Shown here: positions 28,986 through 40,534 of the stretch, piece after piece
Position numbering within the stretch: the stretch's first letter is position 1
Layout: each line of letters begins with the position of its first letter
Made by a program: the position numbers and the translations under genes
The notes under the pieces: generated by a model
What the model saw: only the letters and a program-made list of their open reading frames with translations
Database searches by the model: none
What the model was told of the DNA's origin: nothing
Origin: Candidatus Latescibacterota bacterium
Lineage (GTDB): Bacteria > Latescibacterota > UBA2968 > UBA8231
Length of the DNA stretch: 64,000 bases
NCBI GenBank assembly: GCA_965221775.1
Contig: CBDCSU010000006.1
Coordinates: 2,272,001 to 2,336,000 of the forward strand
Direction: 5' to 3'

Positions 28986-29091
28986 GAGTCGGCTCCCTCG
29001 TCTCCCGGGTCGCCTGCGGCCCTCGGATCAAAGGGCCGGCACCGGCGACTCTCGGCTTGATGGCACTTATGGTATTGATGCAGGGGCGGGA

Positions 29092-29119
29092 AAGATACCC
29101 GGCCGGATGGGCCTGTCAA
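29092..29119 (-). promoter_or_regulatory. Putative sigma70 promoter of the molybdoenzyme operon
   Basis: TTGACA, 16-nt spacer, TATCTT. Confidence 0.55.
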
Positions 29120-29155
29120 CAAGACCGGAGGTCTCGCTGGGCAGTCGCTTCCGGC

Positions 29156-32100
29156 TCACATCGCGGCTGCCTTGGAGGCCTCTTCCGGGGGCCCGCGCAG
29201 GCGCGCCCAGCCTTCGAGGAGGAGGTCCAGAAGCTTCATGCCGGCGGGTACCCCGATCAGGATGATCACCGTCGCGAAGAGGATGCCGAAGGCGAGGCTG
29301 ACGGCCATGGGGATCAGGAACTGGGCCTGCAGGCTCCGCTCGAGGATCATGGGCAGCAGGGCGAAGAAGGTCGTGGCCGAGGTCAGCAGGATCGGCCGGA
29401 AGCGCTGGCGTCCGGCCTCGACGAGGGCCTCCTCCCGGGGGCGTCCGGCGGCGCGCAGCTGGTTGTAGAACGCCAGCAGGATCAGGGAGTCGTTGACGAC
29501 CACGCCGGAGAGGGCGACGACGCCGAAGAGGCTCAGCATGGCCAGGTCGAGGCCCATCAGCACGTGACCCCACACGGCCCCGATCATGCCGAAGGGGATG
29601 GCGCTCATGACGACCAGGGGCTGGGTGTAGGACCGGAAGGGAATCGCCAGCAGGGCGTAGATGGCGACCAGGGCGACGAGGAAGCCGCGGCCGAGACTGG
29701 CGAAGGACTCGGCCTGCTCTCGCTGCTCCCCCTCGTAGCTGTAGCGCAGTCCCGGGAACTCCCGGGCCAGGAGGGGCAGAAAGCGCTCCTGGAGATCCCG
29801 GTTGATCTCGTCCGCATTGGCCACGCCGGCGTCGACGCCGGCGGTGACGGTCACCACCCGCCGGCCGCCGCTGCGCTGGAGAGTGGAGTACCCGTAGTCG
29901 AGGCTCACGTCGGCGACATAGGGCAGGGGCACCTGGCCGCCGGACGGGGTCCGAACGCGCATGCCCTCGATGTCGGCCGGGTTGCGCCGCTCGGCCTCCG
30001 GATAGCGGACCACCACGCGGGCGTCGTCGCTTCCGCGCTGCAGGCGCAGGGCCTCGGCGCCGTAGAACCCGTGGCGCACCTGGGTCGCCAGGTCGGCCAT
30101 GGTCAGGCCGAGGACGCGGCCCCGGGGCTTGAGATCGAGGCGCATCTCGAGCTTCCCCTCCTGGAAACTGTCGCGGATCTCCTCGGTGCCCGGGTAGCCG
30201 CCGATCTCCTCCTTCAGCCGCTCCGCCCCCGCCGCGAGCAGGTCGAGATCCTCGGCGGAGAGCTGGATCTCGATGGCGTTGCCCACCGTGAACAGGCTCG
30301 ACCGGTAGACCACGGACTCGGGCCCGGGCAGGGGGCCGACGGCGGAGCGGATACGGGTGACGATCCCGGTGCTGGTCAGCCGACGCTCTTCGGCGGGCAG
30401 CAGCTCGATGGTGATCTCCGCCAGGTGGGCCTGGCCGCCCAGGCCGCCGACGGCGTCGAAGGCGGTGCGCCGGAGCATGGGCTGGTCGCCGATGATGCTG
30501 AAGAGGTTGCGGTAGATCGACGGCTCCTCCGGCTGGCGCGCGTCGATCTCGTCGCGCACTCCCATGGCCGCGGTCTCGATGCGCCGCACCACGTCCCGCG
30601 TCTGCCCGGCGGTGGAGCCCTGGGGCATCTCGACGGCGATGGTGACCCAGTCCGAGTCGATCTCCGGCATGAAGACGAACTTGATGTGGCCGCCGGCGAT
30701 GTATCCCGCGGTGGCCAGCAACAGGGAGAGGCCGGTGGCGATGGTGACGAAGGGACTGACGAGGGCCCGCCGCACGGCCGGGGTGTAGCCGCGCTCGATC
30801 ACCCACCGCAGGCCGGCGTTGACGCGTTCCGAGATGCGCCGGTGAAGCCGCACGGTCCCCGAGAGGGCCGATCCGAGGATGCGGGACGGGAGGCCGGGCG
30901 CCATGGAGAGGTGGGCGGGCAGGATGTAGAGGGCCTCCACCAGGGAGAGGAGGAGCACGGAGATGACGATGACCGGGATGACGACGATGAACTTGCCCAT
31001 GTTCCCCTCGACGAAGGCGAGGGGGAGGAAGGCGGCCACCGAGGTCAGGATGGTGAAGACCACCGGTTTGCCGACCTCCAGGGTGCCGTCCACGGCGGCC
31101 TGCACCCGTCCCTTCCCGAGTTCGCGGTGGGAGAAGATGTTCTCGCCCACCACGACGGCGTCGTCGACGACGATGCCGAGAGCGAGGATGAAGGCGAAGA
31201 GGGAGAGCATGTTGATCGACACGTCGAAGGGCTCGATGAGCAGGAAGCTGCCCAGGAAGGAGATGGGGATGCCCATCATCACCCAGAAGGCCAGGCGCAT
31301 GTCGAGGAACAGGCTCAGGCAGACGAAGACCAGGGCCAGTCCGAGTTGAGCGTTGCGCAGCAGCAGGTCCAGCCGGCTGCGCAGGAGCCGCGCGTCGTCG
31401 CGGACGTAGCTGATGTCGATGCCGGCCGGCAGGATTCCCCTCCGGTCCTCGACGTATTCCCTGACGTGCCTGGAGATCTCGAGGGCGCTCTCGTCGCCGG
31501 TGCGGTAGACGCCGACCACGGCCGCCGGCCGTCCCTGGAACCGGCAGATCAGGTCGCTGTCCTCGAAGCCGTCGACGACGCGCCCGATGTGGCCCACGGT
31601 CAGCGATGTTCCGTCGGGCCGAGTCTGCACGACGACGCCGTCGTACTCGCGTCCGTCGTAGAGCAGGCCCTTGGTGCGCACGAGCACCTCGCCCCGCTCT
31701 CCCTTCACGCTGCCGCCGGGCAGGTCGAGGCTGGTGCGCCGCACGGCTTCGGCCACGGCGCCGAGGGTGAGCCCGTGGCGCTGCAGGGCCGCCTCGGGGA
31801 CCTCGATGGCGATCTCGTCGGTGCGCACGCCCACCAGTTCCACCTGTGACACCTTGCCGGAGAGGCGCAGATCGTCGCGCACGCCCTCGGCGGCGGCCTT
31901 CAGGGCGCGCTCCGGCACTTCGCCGAAGAGGACGACGTCGATGACCCGGGTGCGCCGCACCAGCTCCTTGATGACCGGTTTCTCGGTCTCGGCGGGAAGA
32001 GTGTCGATGCGGTCGATGGTGCCGCGGACGTCGTCGACAACCCGCTCCATGTCGGCGCCCAGCTCGAGCTCGACGGTGACCGCCGCCATGCCCTCGGCGG

Positions 32101-32353
32101 CGGTGGAGTTGATCCGGCGGATTCCCTCCAGACCGGTGAGGCGCTCCTCGATGCGGCGCACGACGCCGGACTCGACGTCGGCGGGGCTGGCCCCCGGATA
32201 GGGGACCTGGACCTGGATGCGGTCGAGGTCGATCTCCGGAAAGGTCTCCTTCTTCATGCGCAGCACACCGAGGGCCCCGGTGAGCAGGACGAAGACCATG
32301 AGCAGATTGGCGGCCACGTGGTTGCGGGCCATCCACGCGACGGATCGCTTCAC
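29156..32353 (-). CDS. RND efflux permease (AcrB/AcrD/AcrF family)
   Basis: GTG 32353; NHVAANLLM, GIVVDDAVVVGEN, GVVVNDSL, RFRPILLTS, LIPMAVSLAFG. Confidence 0.95.
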   Translation of the reverse strand: MKRSVAWMARNHVAANLLMVFVLLTGALGVLRMKKETFPEIDLDRIQVQVPYPGASPADVESGVVRRIEERLTGLEGIRRINSTAAEGMAAVTVELELGADMERVVDDVRGTIDRIDTLPAETEKPVIKELVRRTRVIDVVLFGEVPERALKAAAEGVRDDLRLSGKVSQVELVGVRTDEIAIEVPEAALQRHGLTLGAVAEAVRRTSLDLPGGSVKGERGEVLVRTKGLLYDGREYDGVVVQTRPDGTSLTVGHIGRVVDGFEDSDLICRFQGRPAAVVGVYRTGDESALEISRHVREYVEDRRGILPAGIDISYVRDDARLLRSRLDLLLRNAQLGLALVFVCLSLFLDMRLAFWVMMGIPISFLGSFLLIEPFDVSINMLSLFAFILALGIVVDDAVVVGENIFSHRELGKGRVQAAVDGTLEVGKPVVFTILTSVAAFLPLAFVEGNMGKFIVVIPVIVISVLLLSLVEALYILPAHLSMAPGLPSRILGSALSGTVRLHRRISERVNAGLRWVIERGYTPAVRRALVSPFVTIATGLSLLLATAGYIAGGHIKFVFMPEIDSDWVTIAVEMPQGSTAGQTRDVVRRIETAAMGVRDEIDARQPEEPSIYRNLFSIIGDQPMLRRTAFDAVGGLGGQAHLAEITIELLPAEERRLTSTGIVTRIRSAVGPLPGPESVVYRSSLFTVGNAIEIQLSAEDLDLLAAGAERLKEEIGGYPGTEEIRDSFQEGKLEMRLDLKPRGRVLGLTMADLATQVRHGFYGAEALRLQRGSDDARVVVRYPEAERRNPADIEGMRVRTPSGGQVPLPYVADVSLDYGYSTLQRSGGRRVVTVTAGVDAGVANADEINRDLQERFLPLLAREFPGLRYSYEGEQREQAESFASLGRGFLVALVAIYALLAIPFRSYTQPLVVMSAIPFGMIGAVWGHVLMGLDLAMLSLFGVVALSGVVVNDSLILLAFYNQLRAAGRPREEALVEAGRQRFRPILLTSATTFFALLPMILERSLQAQFLIPMAVSLAFGILFATVIILIGVPAGMKLLDLLLEGWARLRGPPEEASKAAAM

Positions 32354-33564
32354 GGCGCCTCGGCCCGGTGGGCGGGGGCCACCGCCATGCCGTCGGTGAC
32401 ACCCCTCAGTTGAGACGTGATCACCCTCGCGCCGGGGGCGGCGTCGAAGCGCACGAGGGCCTCCTCGCGGCCGAGGTGGACCACTTCCACCGGTTGCCTC
32501 CGCAGGCGGCCGTCCTCGGCGAGCCAGACCCGTCCGCCGTCGTGCAGGGCCCGCCGCGGGATGGTGCGGACCGCCGTCAGCGGGCGCCCCTGGATCTCCA
32601 CCTCGACGAAGAGGCCCACCAGGAGCGGCGCCGTGGCGGAGTCCCGGGGGCCGTAGGGGTCGTCGACCTCGACGATGAGGTTGATCATGCGGCTGCGGGG
32701 GTCGACCTGCCCCTCGGTGCGGACCACCCGCCCCTTCCAGGTGTGGTCGCGCCCGGCGTGGCGCGCCCGCAGCAGTACCTGCCCGCGGCCGGCCTCTTGG
32801 GGCCGTTCCGGAGGGGGCGCGTCGGCGGCCAGCGGGCGCGGCGAGGCCGGCGGCGAGGGGACGTCGATCCACGCCAGCTCCTCGTCGGGCACCGGGACCG
32901 GGATCTCGGCCCGTTCGATGCCGTAGAGACGGGCCACCCCCCGCCCGGGAGAGACGTACTGACCCAGGTCCAGGTCGGTAGATCGGACGCGCCCGGCGAA
33001 GGGGGCCCGCAGGCGGGTCCGCTCCAGGCGCAGCCGGGCTTCCCGCAGGCGGGCCCTCGCCGCCTTCAGCGCAGCCTCGGCCAGCCTCACCTGGGGGATG
33101 TGCAGGGCCAGGTCGGACGGCTCGGGCCCGCCGCCGCCGCGCAGCCTCTCCCACTCGGCGGCGGCTACCTCGGCCTCGCCCCGGGCGATCTCGAGCTGGT
33201 AGAGGGCCCTGGCCACCTCGGCATCGGCCTGGTCCACGGCGAGCTCGAAGTCCTCCGGGTCGATGCGGGCCAGCTCCTGGCCGGCGGAGAAGAAGCCGCC
33301 GGTCTCCATCTGCTCGGAGACCCAGACGATGCGGCCGCCCACCTGGGGCACGAGGTCGATCTCCCGGTCGGGGCGGACCGTCCCCTGGCCGCGGACGACG
33401 ACGCGGGCGGTCTCCGGCGGAGCCTGGACCGTCTCGACCAGGGGAACCCAATGGACCGGTTCCTCCCGGGGGGGCGGGGTGCGCAGGCTCACCAGGAGCA
33501 GGTAAGCGGCCACGCCGGCGGCCAGGACCGCCACCGGCAGGAGGAATCCCATCGCCTTACTCAT
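32350..33564 (-). CDS. RND periplasmic adaptor subunit
   Basis: N-terminal TM, PQVGGRI, helical hairpin, RAPFAG. Confidence 0.9.
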   Translation of the reverse strand: MSKAMGFLLPVAVLAAGVAAYLLLVSLRTPPPREEPVHWVPLVETVQAPPETARVVVRGQGTVRPDREIDLVPQVGGRIVWVSEQMETGGFFSAGQELARIDPEDFELAVDQADAEVARALYQLEIARGEAEVAAAEWERLRGGGGPEPSDLALHIPQVRLAEAALKAARARLREARLRLERTRLRAPFAGRVRSTDLDLGQYVSPGRGVARLYGIERAEIPVPVPDEELAWIDVPSPPASPRPLAADAPPPERPQEAGRGQVLLRARHAGRDHTWKGRVVRTEGQVDPRSRMINLIVEVDDPYGPRDSATAPLLVGLFVEVEIQGRPLTAVRTIPRRALHDGGRVWLAEDGRLRRQPVEVVHLGREEALVRFDAAPGARVITSQLRGVTDGMAVAPAHRAEAP

Positions 33565-35035
33565 CGGTCGGGGACCCGATGGCGGGATGGGTGAAACCGC
33601 CGCCCAGGGCGACGTGCAGGTCGACGCGGGCGTCGACGCGGCGGCGCCGGGTGGTGAGCAGCTGGCTGTGCGCGTCCCAGGCCCGTCGCTGGGCGTCGAG
33701 GAGGGTGATGAGGCCCACCAGCCCCCGGCGGTAGCGGTCGTCGGCCAGGGACTCCGCCGCCGAGGCCTGGTCCGCCGTCTCGACCAAGGCCGCCTCCTGC
33801 TCGGCCAGGGCGGCCTCGGCTGCCAGGGCCCCCTCGACCTCGGCGAAGGCGCTCAGCACCAGGCCGGCGTAGGCGGCTGTCAGCGCCTCGCGGTCGGCTT
33901 CGGCCGCCGCCGCCCGCGCCCGCAGGCGGCCCCCCTGGAAGAGGGGCATGGTCAGGTTGGCCGCCAGGCTCCAGACCGAGAAGTCGCCGTCGAGCAGGTC
34001 GGCCAGCGCCTCGCTGGAGCGGCCGCCGCCGCCGGTGAGCCGGATGCCGGGCAGGAGCGCCCGGCGGGCCGACGTCAGGCGCTGATCGGCCGACGCCAGG
34101 CGGCGCTCGGCGGCGGCCAGGTCCGGGCGCCGGCGGACCAGGTCGGCGGGCAGTCCTGCCGGCACGCGGCCGGTCACCGCGGGAGGCGCCTCGGCGACGT
34201 CGAGCTCGGCCGCCGGGTAGCGCCCGAGGAGCACCTCGAGCCGGCGTGTGGCGGCGTCGAGCTGGAGCCTCCGCTGGGCCAGGGCGGCGCGGGCCCCGGC
34301 GGCCTCCGCACGCGCCAGGCGCAGGTCGAGGGAGGTCCGCAGGCCGAGGGCGTAGCGGTCTTCGATGCTCTCCCTCACCCGCTGCCGGTTGCCGGCTGCG
34401 GCCTCGGCCAGGCGGGCCTGGCTGCGAGCCTCGGCGGCAACCGCGTAGGCGCGCACGATCAGGGACTCCAGGGAGAGGCGGGCCCCGGCCAGGTCGAACC
34501 GGGTGGCCTGCGCCTCGGCGAGGGCCGCCGCCTGGTCGGCCCGCAGCCGCCCCCAGAGATCGGCCTCCCAGCTGGCGCTGAAGCCGGCGTCGAAGGTGTT
34601 CGCGGTCAACGGCGGAAGCTGGCCGGCCAAGGGGCCGAAGCCCGCGAAGTTGCGCCGCGAGCGGATGGCGGTGCCGTCGACACCGGTCAGGGGCCAGAGG
34701 TCTGCCCCGGCCATGCGCGCCTGGGCCACGGCGCGCTCCACGCGGGCGGAGGCGGCGGCCAGGTCCTGGTTGTGCGCCAGGCCCTCGGCGATGAGGGCGC
34801 CGAGGTTGGCGTCGTCGAGACCGCTCCACCACGGCGCGTGCAGGCTATCGGCCTCGGTGGGGCCGTGCCCGCCGGCGCTCCAGTCCGAGGGGGTGACGGC
34901 CACGGGGGGGTCGGGGTCGAAGGGCGGCGCCGAGGCGCAGGCGGCCGTCAGCCCCAGGGCCAGGGTGAGGGCTCCGCGGACCACGGTGGACCCCGCCCGC
35001 CGGAGTCCGGCGGCCGGAGGGGCCGGGTCAGTCAT
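33557..35035 (-). CDS. RND outer membrane lipoprotein (NodT/OprM family)
   Basis: Lipobox [34 protein letters not shown]. Confidence 0.93.
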   Translation of the reverse strand: MTDPAPPAAGLRRAGSTVVRGALTLALGLTAACASAPPFDPDPPVAVTPSDWSAGGHGPTEADSLHAPWWSGLDDANLGALIAEGLAHNQDLAAASARVERAVAQARMAGADLWPLTGVDGTAIRSRRNFAGFGPLAGQLPPLTANTFDAGFSASWEADLWGRLRADQAAALAEAQATRFDLAGARLSLESLIVRAYAVAAEARSQARLAEAAAGNRQRVRESIEDRYALGLRTSLDLRLARAEAAGARAALAQRRLQLDAATRRLEVLLGRYPAAELDVAEAPPAVTGRVPAGLPADLVRRRPDLAAAERRLASADQRLTSARRALLPGIRLTGGGGRSSEALADLLDGDFSVWSLAANLTMPLFQGGRLRARAAAAEADREALTAAYAGLVLSAFAEVEGALAAEAALAEQEAALVETADQASAAESLADDRYRRGLVGLITLLDAQRRAWDAHSQLLTTRRRRVDARVDLHVALGGGFTHPAIGSPTDE

Positions 35036-35987
35036 TCGCGCTCTCCGCCGACGGGGCCGGTGAGGTCCGGCGGAACCATTTCACCGTGCGGCGGAGGCCC
35101 TCGTCCGGATCGACCCTCGGCTCCCATCCGAGCAGGTTGCGCGCCCTGGTGATGTCGGGCAGGCGGACCTTGGGGTCGTCCTCCGGGAGGGGCAGATGGA
35201 CCAGGCGGCTGCGGCTGCCCGTGAGGTCGATGATCTTCCTCGCCAGGCTCTCCATGGTCAGCTCGGCGGGGTTGCCGAGGTTGACGGGGGCCGTCACGTC
35301 CGACTCCATGAGGCGGCGGATTCCTTCCACGAGGTCGCTCACGTAGCCGATGCTGCGCGTCTGGCGGCCGTCGCCGTAGACGGTCAGGTCGTCACCGGCG
35401 AGGGCCTGGGTGATGAAGTTGGGAATGGCGCGGCCGTCGTCGTGGCGCATGCGGGGGCCGTAGGTGTTGAAGATCCGGGCGATGCGCGTGTCGACCCCGT
35501 GCGACCTGTTGTAGGCCATGGCCATCGATTCGGCGAAGCGCTTGGCCTCGTCGTAGACGCCGCGGATGCCGACGGGATTGACGTTGCCCCGGTAGTCCTC
35601 GCCCTGGGGGTGCACGAGGGGATCGCCGTAGACCTCGGAGGTGGAGGCGAGGAGGAAGCGGGCGCCCTTGGCGCGCGCGAGTCCCAGGGCCTTGTGGGTC
35701 CCGAGGGCGCCCACCTTGAGGATCTGGATCCCGAGCCGCTCGAAGTCTGCGGGGCTGGCGGGGCTGGCGAAGTGGAGGATGAAGTCGAGGGAACCGTCGA
35801 CGTGGAGGTACCCGGTCACGTCGTGGTGGATGAACTCGAAGTCGGGGTGGCTCCTGTGGGTCTCGAGGTTCTCGATGCGGCCGGTGAGCAGGTTGTCCAT
35901 GACGATCACCCGGTGGCCCTCCTGGAGGAACCGGTCGCACAGGTGGGATCCGATGAATCCCGCCCCCCCGGTGATCAGAATGCGCAC
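35028..35987 (-). CDS. UDP-glucuronate decarboxylase-like SDR (Uxs)
   Basis: GTG 35987 with SD ggagg; [51 protein letters not shown]. Confidence 0.92.
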   Translation of the reverse strand: MRILITGGAGFIGSHLCDRFLQEGHRVIVMDNLLTGRIENLETHRSHPDFEFIHHDVTGYLHVDGSLDFILHFASPASPADFERLGIQILKVGALGTHKALGLARAKGARFLLASTSEVYGDPLVHPQGEDYRGNVNPVGIRGVYDEAKRFAESMAMAYNRSHGVDTRIARIFNTYGPRMRHDDGRAIPNFITQALAGDDLTVYGDGRQTRSIGYVSDLVEGIRRLMESDVTAPVNLGNPAELTMESLARKIIDLTGSRSRLVHLPLPEDDPKVRLPDITRARNLLGWEPRVDPDEGLRRTVKWFRRTSPAPSAESAND

Positions 35988-36054
35988 GTTCGCTCTCCTC
36001 CGGCCCTGGACTCGGTAATAGAAGCTCCCTCTCTCACCGCGGCAACGCCGGAGA

Positions 36055-36083
36055 TTGACGGCCTTCCGCCCCCCCGATAGGTT
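36055..36083 (+). promoter_or_regulatory. sigma70 promoter of dnaE
   Basis: TTGACG, 17-nt spacer, TAGGTT. Confidence 0.6.
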
Positions 36084-36140
36084 GCCTTGGGCGTCCCCCC
36101 ACACGTCACACTGGCTGCCCGCACGGCGGCCCGGGAGCCA

Positions 36141-39100
36141 ATGGCCAGCGCCGAGTTCGTCCACCTCCACGGACACAGCGAGTACAGCCTCCTCGACGGC
36201 GGCTGCGCCATCGACGCCATGGCGGCCTCCGCCGCCGAGGCCGGCATGCCCGCCCTGGCCGTCACCGACCACGGCAACCTCTTCGGCGCCATCGCCCACC
36301 ACCGGGCCTGCAAAGACGCCGGCATCCGGCCGATCTTCGGGTGCGAGGTCTACGTGGCCATCGGCAACCGCCACGACCGCACCGGGGCCCGCGGCCTGGC
36401 CCACGGCTCCAACCACCTCATCCTGCTGGCCAAGGACGCCGCGGGCTGGCAGAACCTGATCCAGCTCGTCTCCAAGGGGTACACCGAGGGTTTCTACTAC
36501 AATCCGCGCGTCGACAAGCAGCTCCTGCGGCAGCACGGCGAGGGGCTTGTCTGCATGTCCGCATGCGTCTCCGGAGAGGTGCCCCACCTGATCCAGGAGG
36601 AGGGGGTGGACCAGGCCGAGGCCGCGGCGCGGGAGTACATGGAGATCTTCGGGGACGACTACTACCTGGAGATCCAGCGCCACGGCATCGAGGTCGAGGC
36701 CAAGGTCAACGACGGGCTCCTGCACCTGCACCGCAAGCTCGGGGTGCCGCTGGTGGCCACCAACGACTTTCACTTCCTGCGCGCAGACGACCACGCCGCC
36801 CACGACGCCCTGGTCTGCATCCAGACGGGGAAGAACCTGTCCGATTCCGAAAGGATGTGCTATCCCTCGGGACTCTACATGAAGAGCCCCGCGGAGATGC
36901 AGGAGCTCTTCGCGGACCTGCCCGGGGCGATCGAGAACACCCTCGCCATCGCCGAGAAGTGCCGGGTGGAGCTGGACTTCGGGCGGTCTCTCATGCCCGG
37001 CTTCCCCATTCCCTCCGAGTTCGCGTCCGCCGACGAGTACCTGCGCCGCCTCGCCCAGGAAGGCCTGGAGCGCCGCTACCCGAAGATCGTCCCCGAGGTC
37101 CAGCAGCGCCTCGACTACGAGTTGAAGGTGATCACCAAGGAGGGCTTCTCCGGCTACTTCCTGATCGTCCAGGACTTCGTGCACCACGCCCGCGAGAGCG
37201 GCGTCACCGTCGGTCCGGGCCGCGGGTCGGCGGCCGGCAGCCTGGTCTCGTACTGCCTGGAGATCACCGACACCGACCCGATCCGCCACGACCTGCTCTT
37301 CGAGCGCTTCCTCAACCCCGAGCGCGTCGAGCCGCCCGACATCGACATCGACTTCGCCGACACGGGCCGGGACAAGGTCGTGCGCTACGTGGTCGAGAAG
37401 TACGGCGAGGAGAACGTCTCCCAGGTGATCACCTTCGGAACGATGGGCGCCAAGGCGGTGGTCCGCGACGTGGGGCGGGTCCTGGGCCTGCCCTTCGGCG
37501 AGGTGGACCGCATCGCCAAGCTGATCCCGGGGGAGCTGAAGATCACCCTCGACAAGGCGATTCAGCAGGTGCCGGAGCTGCAGCAGATGGCGGAGACCCC
37601 CGGCGAGCAGGGACAGCTGATCGAGTACTCCCGCAAGCTGGAGGGCCTGGCGCGCCACGCCTCGGTGCACGCCTGCGCCGTCATCATCGCCCCCTCCCGC
37701 CTCACCGATTACGTGCCCCTCTACCGGGCGCCGAAGGACGGCACCGTCACTACCCAGTTCGACGGCGAAACGTGCAAGGACGTGGGCCTGCTGAAGATGG
37801 ACATCCTGGGGTTGAAGGAGCTGTCCCTGATGGACGAGGCCGTGCGCCTCATCCGGCAGCGCGAGCCCGGCTTCGACCTGAACGAAGTCCCCTGGGACGA
37901 TGGTCCCACCTTCGACCTCTTCAGCCGCGGCGAGACGGTGGGCGTCTTCCAGTTCGAGAGCCCGGGCATGCGCGATCACCTGCGCCAGCTCAAGCCGGAC
38001 AAGATCGAGGACGTGATCGCCATGAACGCCCTCTACCGGCCGGGTCCGATGGAGGAAATCCCGAGGTACATCGCATGCCGCCAGGGGACGGAGCCCGTCG
38101 AGTACGATCACCCCATCCTCGAGCCGATCCTGAAGGAGACATACGGCATCATCACCTACCAGGAGCAGGTGCAGCGCATCTGCTGCGACCTCTCGGGCTT
38201 CACTCTCGGCCAGGCGGACGTCATCCGCAGCGCCATGAGCAAGAAGCGGTACGACGTGATGGAGACGTACTGGCCGGAGTTCGTCGAGGGGGCGGTGGGA
38301 AACGGTGTCGACCGGAAGATTGCGGAAAATATCTGGAAGAAGATCGCGAAGTTCTCGGAGTACGGATTCAACAAATCCCACTCCGCACCCTACTCTGAGG
38401 TGGCCTACAGGAACGCCTACCTCAAGACCCACTACCCGAAGGAGTACTTGGCGGCGAGCCTGACCACGGACCGCAACAACACCGACCGGCTCACCGTTCT
38501 CCTCGACGAGTGCCGGCGCATGGAGGTCCCGGTGCTGCCGCCCGACGTCAACGAGAGCGCCGTCAACTTCGTGCCCACGGAGACCGGCATCCGCTTCGGC
38601 CTGGCGGCGGTCAAGAACGTCGGCGCCGCCGCCGCCGGCTCGATCGTCGCCGGACGCGAGGAGCACGGTGCTTCGAAGGACCTCTACGAGTTCTGCGAGC
38701 GCCTCGACCTGGGCGCCGTCAACCGGCGCGTGGTGGAGAGCCTGGTCGCCGCCGGCGCCTGCGACAGCCTCGGCGGGCACCGGGCACAGCTCCTCGAGGC
38801 CCTGGAGCGGGCCATGCGCAACGCCCAGTCGGTGCAGGACGAGCGCCGCCGCGGCCAGATCAGCCTCTTCGGCGGAGACTCGGCGCTGGAGATGGAGCAA
38901 CAGCCGGCGTTGCCGGACGTGCCCGAGTGGACCGAGACCGAGCGGCTTTCCAACGAGAAGGAGCTGCTCGGGTTCTACGTCTCCAGCCATCCCCTGAGCC
39001 GCTACGAGAAGGACCTGGCGTACTTCGCCACATCCCTGCTGGAGATCGACGGCCGTCAGGACGGGGATCCGGTGCGCGTCGGCGGTCTCGTCAGCCGCGT

Positions 39101-39602
39101 CAGCCCATCGAGCGACCGCCGAGGGAAGGCGATGGCCTTCGTCACCCTCGAGGACCTATCGGGCAAGGCGGAGGTCGTGTTCTTCTCCGATGCCTACGAC
39201 AGATGCCGGGACCTGGTCGTGCAGGACGCGGTGGTCCTCGTCGAGGGCCGCCTGAACCGCCGCAACGGTGTCATGACGGTGCAGGCCGAGGGGGCCGCGC
39301 CGATGGACCAGGGCCGGGAGCGGCTGACGCGTTCGGTGAACGTCGACCTCCCGTACGAGGCGGTGTCGGACCAGTTGCTGGCCGACCTGCGCCGACTGTG
39401 CGGCGAGCACCGGGGGACCTGCGATCTCGTCGTCCACCTGCGGGGCGCCCCTGCCGCCCCGGGAGGCCGCGAACCCGTGGTCCGCTCCCGCAGCCTCCGC
39501 GTGAACCCGACGGACGAGTTGTTGCATGCCATGGACAACCTCGCCGGGCTGGAGCGGGCGCGGATCACGGCCCTGCCGCCCCAGGCGGGGCAGCGTGCCT
39601 GA
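36141..39602 (+). CDS. dnaE: DNA polymerase III alpha subunit
   Basis: [49 protein letters not shown] fold; no intein. Confidence 0.98.
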   Translation: MASAEFVHLHGHSEYSLLDGGCAIDAMAASAAEAGMPALAVTDHGNLFGAIAHHRACKDAGIRPIFGCEVYVAIGNRHDRTGARGLAHGSNHLILLAKDAAGWQNLIQLVSKGYTEGFYYNPRVDKQLLRQHGEGLVCMSACVSGEVPHLIQEEGVDQAEAAAREYMEIFGDDYYLEIQRHGIEVEAKVNDGLLHLHRKLGVPLVATNDFHFLRADDHAAHDALVCIQTGKNLSDSERMCYPSGLYMKSPAEMQELFADLPGAIENTLAIAEKCRVELDFGRSLMPGFPIPSEFASADEYLRRLAQEGLERRYPKIVPEVQQRLDYELKVITKEGFSGYFLIVQDFVHHARESGVTVGPGRGSAAGSLVSYCLEITDTDPIRHDLLFERFLNPERVEPPDIDIDFADTGRDKVVRYVVEKYGEENVSQVITFGTMGAKAVVRDVGRVLGLPFGEVDRIAKLIPGELKITLDKAIQQVPELQQMAETPGEQGQLIEYSRKLEGLARHASVHACAVIIAPSRLTDYVPLYRAPKDGTVTTQFDGETCKDVGLLKMDILGLKELSLMDEAVRLIRQREPGFDLNEVPWDDGPTFDLFSRGETVGVFQFESPGMRDHLRQLKPDKIEDVIAMNALYRPGPMEEIPRYIACRQGTEPVEYDHPILEPILKETYGIITYQEQVQRICCDLSGFTLGQADVIRSAMSKKRYDVMETYWPEFVEGAVGNGVDRKIAENIWKKIAKFSEYGFNKSHSAPYSEVAYRNAYLKTHYPKEYLAASLTTDRNNTDRLTVLLDECRRMEVPVLPPDVNESAVNFVPTETGIRFGLAAVKNVGAAAAGSIVAGREEHGASKDLYEFCERLDLGAVNRRVVESLVAAGACDSLGGHRAQLLEALERAMRNAQSVQDERRRGQISLFGGDSALEMEQQPALPDVPEWTETERLSNEKELLGFYVSSHPLSRYEKDLAYFATSLLEIDGRQDGDPVRVGGLVSRVSPSSDRRGKAMAFVTLEDLSGKAEVVFFSDAYDRCRDLVVQDAVVLVEGRLNRRNGVMTVQAEGAAPMDQGRERLTRSVNVDLPYEAVSDQLLADLRRLCGEHRGTCDLVVHLRGAPAAPGGREPVVRSRSLRVNPTDELLHAMDNLAGLERARITALPPQAGQRA

Positions 39603-39625
39603 GAGTGGGACTCCGGATCTTCCGC

Positions 39626-40135
39626 ATGGGGCTGGCGGCCCTGGCCCTGGCCCTCTGGGCCTGCACCGGGGGAGGTCCGGAGGGCGGGGCCGAGGCGGAA
39701 TCCGGCTTCGTGGGGGACGTGGGGGGCTTCGACCTGGCGGACTACGAGGGCCGGGTGGTGGTCCTCAATTTCTGGGCCACCTGGTGCGGGCCTTGCCGCA
39801 TCGAGATTCCCGCTCTCGTCCGGCTGCGGCAGGACTTCGGGGAGGTGGCCGTCGTCGGAATCTCCATCGACCGCGGACCGGTAGAGCAGATCGTGCCCGT
39901 CATCGAGAGGTTCGTCTCCCGCTTCGAGATCAACTACCCGATCTACCTGGATGCGGAGCAGAAGGTGGCCAGGGACTACGCCGGCTCGGCGCCGTTCCTG
40001 ATGTACGTGCCGACGACGGCGGTGATCGACCAGGAAGGCCGCCTGGTGAAGCTGTACCAAGGGGTTCCCGGCCGCGGCCTCGACCCCTACGAGGTGCTCG
40101 CCGCCGAGGTGGAGGCGCTGCTGGACGACGCCTGA
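39626..40135 (+). CDS. TlpA family thiol-disulfide oxidoreductase (probable lipoprotein)
   Basis: LWAC lipobox-like, NFWATWCGPCRIEIP, VPTT.VID. Confidence 0.9.
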   Translation: MGLAALALALWACTGGGPEGGAEAESGFVGDVGGFDLADYEGRVVVLNFWATWCGPCRIEIPALVRLRQDFGEVAVVGISIDRGPVEQIVPVIERFVSRFEINYPIYLDAEQKVARDYAGSAPFLMYVPTTAVIDQEGRLVKLYQGVPGRGLDPYEVLAAEVEALLDDA

Positions 40136-40168
40136 CCGTTCCGGAAGGCCGGGAGGCGCCGGGCGGGA

Positions 40169-40447
40169 TCAGCTCTTGTAGTCCTGGAGCTCTCGCTTGC
40201 CGTGACGCTTGACGAGGACCTTCCGGAAGGTCTCCAGGGTGGTGCCCTTGCGCAGCTGCTGAAGGGCGATCCCCTTCGACATGACCATCATGGTGCCGCG
40301 GCGGTAATCGGGGAAGCGGCAGAAGCTCGAGGAGACCTCGTCGCCGGAGACGCAGCAGGTGTCTTCCACCTCGAGCTCGCGCTGCGAGCCGGGGTCGAAT
40401 CCGAAGTCCGTCGAGTCGTCGTCGCGGCTGTTGGTGCTCTTGGCCAT
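40169..40447 (-). CDS. Hypothetical small protein (92 aa)
   Basis: Purine-rich RBS before ATG 40447; GC3-rich codons; fills the gap between tlpA and map. Confidence 0.7.
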   Translation of the reverse strand: MAKSTNSRDDDSTDFGFDPGSQRELEVEDTCCVSGDEVSSSFCRFPDYRRGTMMVMSKGIALQQLRKGTTLETFRKVLVKRHGKRELQDYKS

Positions 40448-40534
40448 CGGTCCGCCTCTTCTTCTGGTTTTTCCGGGGGCAGGCAAGCCGAATAAAGTAC
40501 GGCGCCCCCCAGGCTGCGCAACGGAGGGGTCAGC

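Noticed and set aside
29061-29080. sigma54 promoter at TGGCAC
   Set aside because: No TTGC at the required 5-nt spacing, and wrong orientation for the adjacent operon.
29156-33451. 1431-aa RND with a long N-terminal extension
   Set aside because: The extension is an open frame overlapping the adaptor gene; the real start is GTG 32353.
35028-38990. 1320-aa fusion protein
   Set aside because: Antisense to dnaE; only 35028-35987 is a real SDR with its own SD.
36141-39602. Intein in dnaE
   Set aside because: Normal length and contiguous motifs; no splice-junction signatures.
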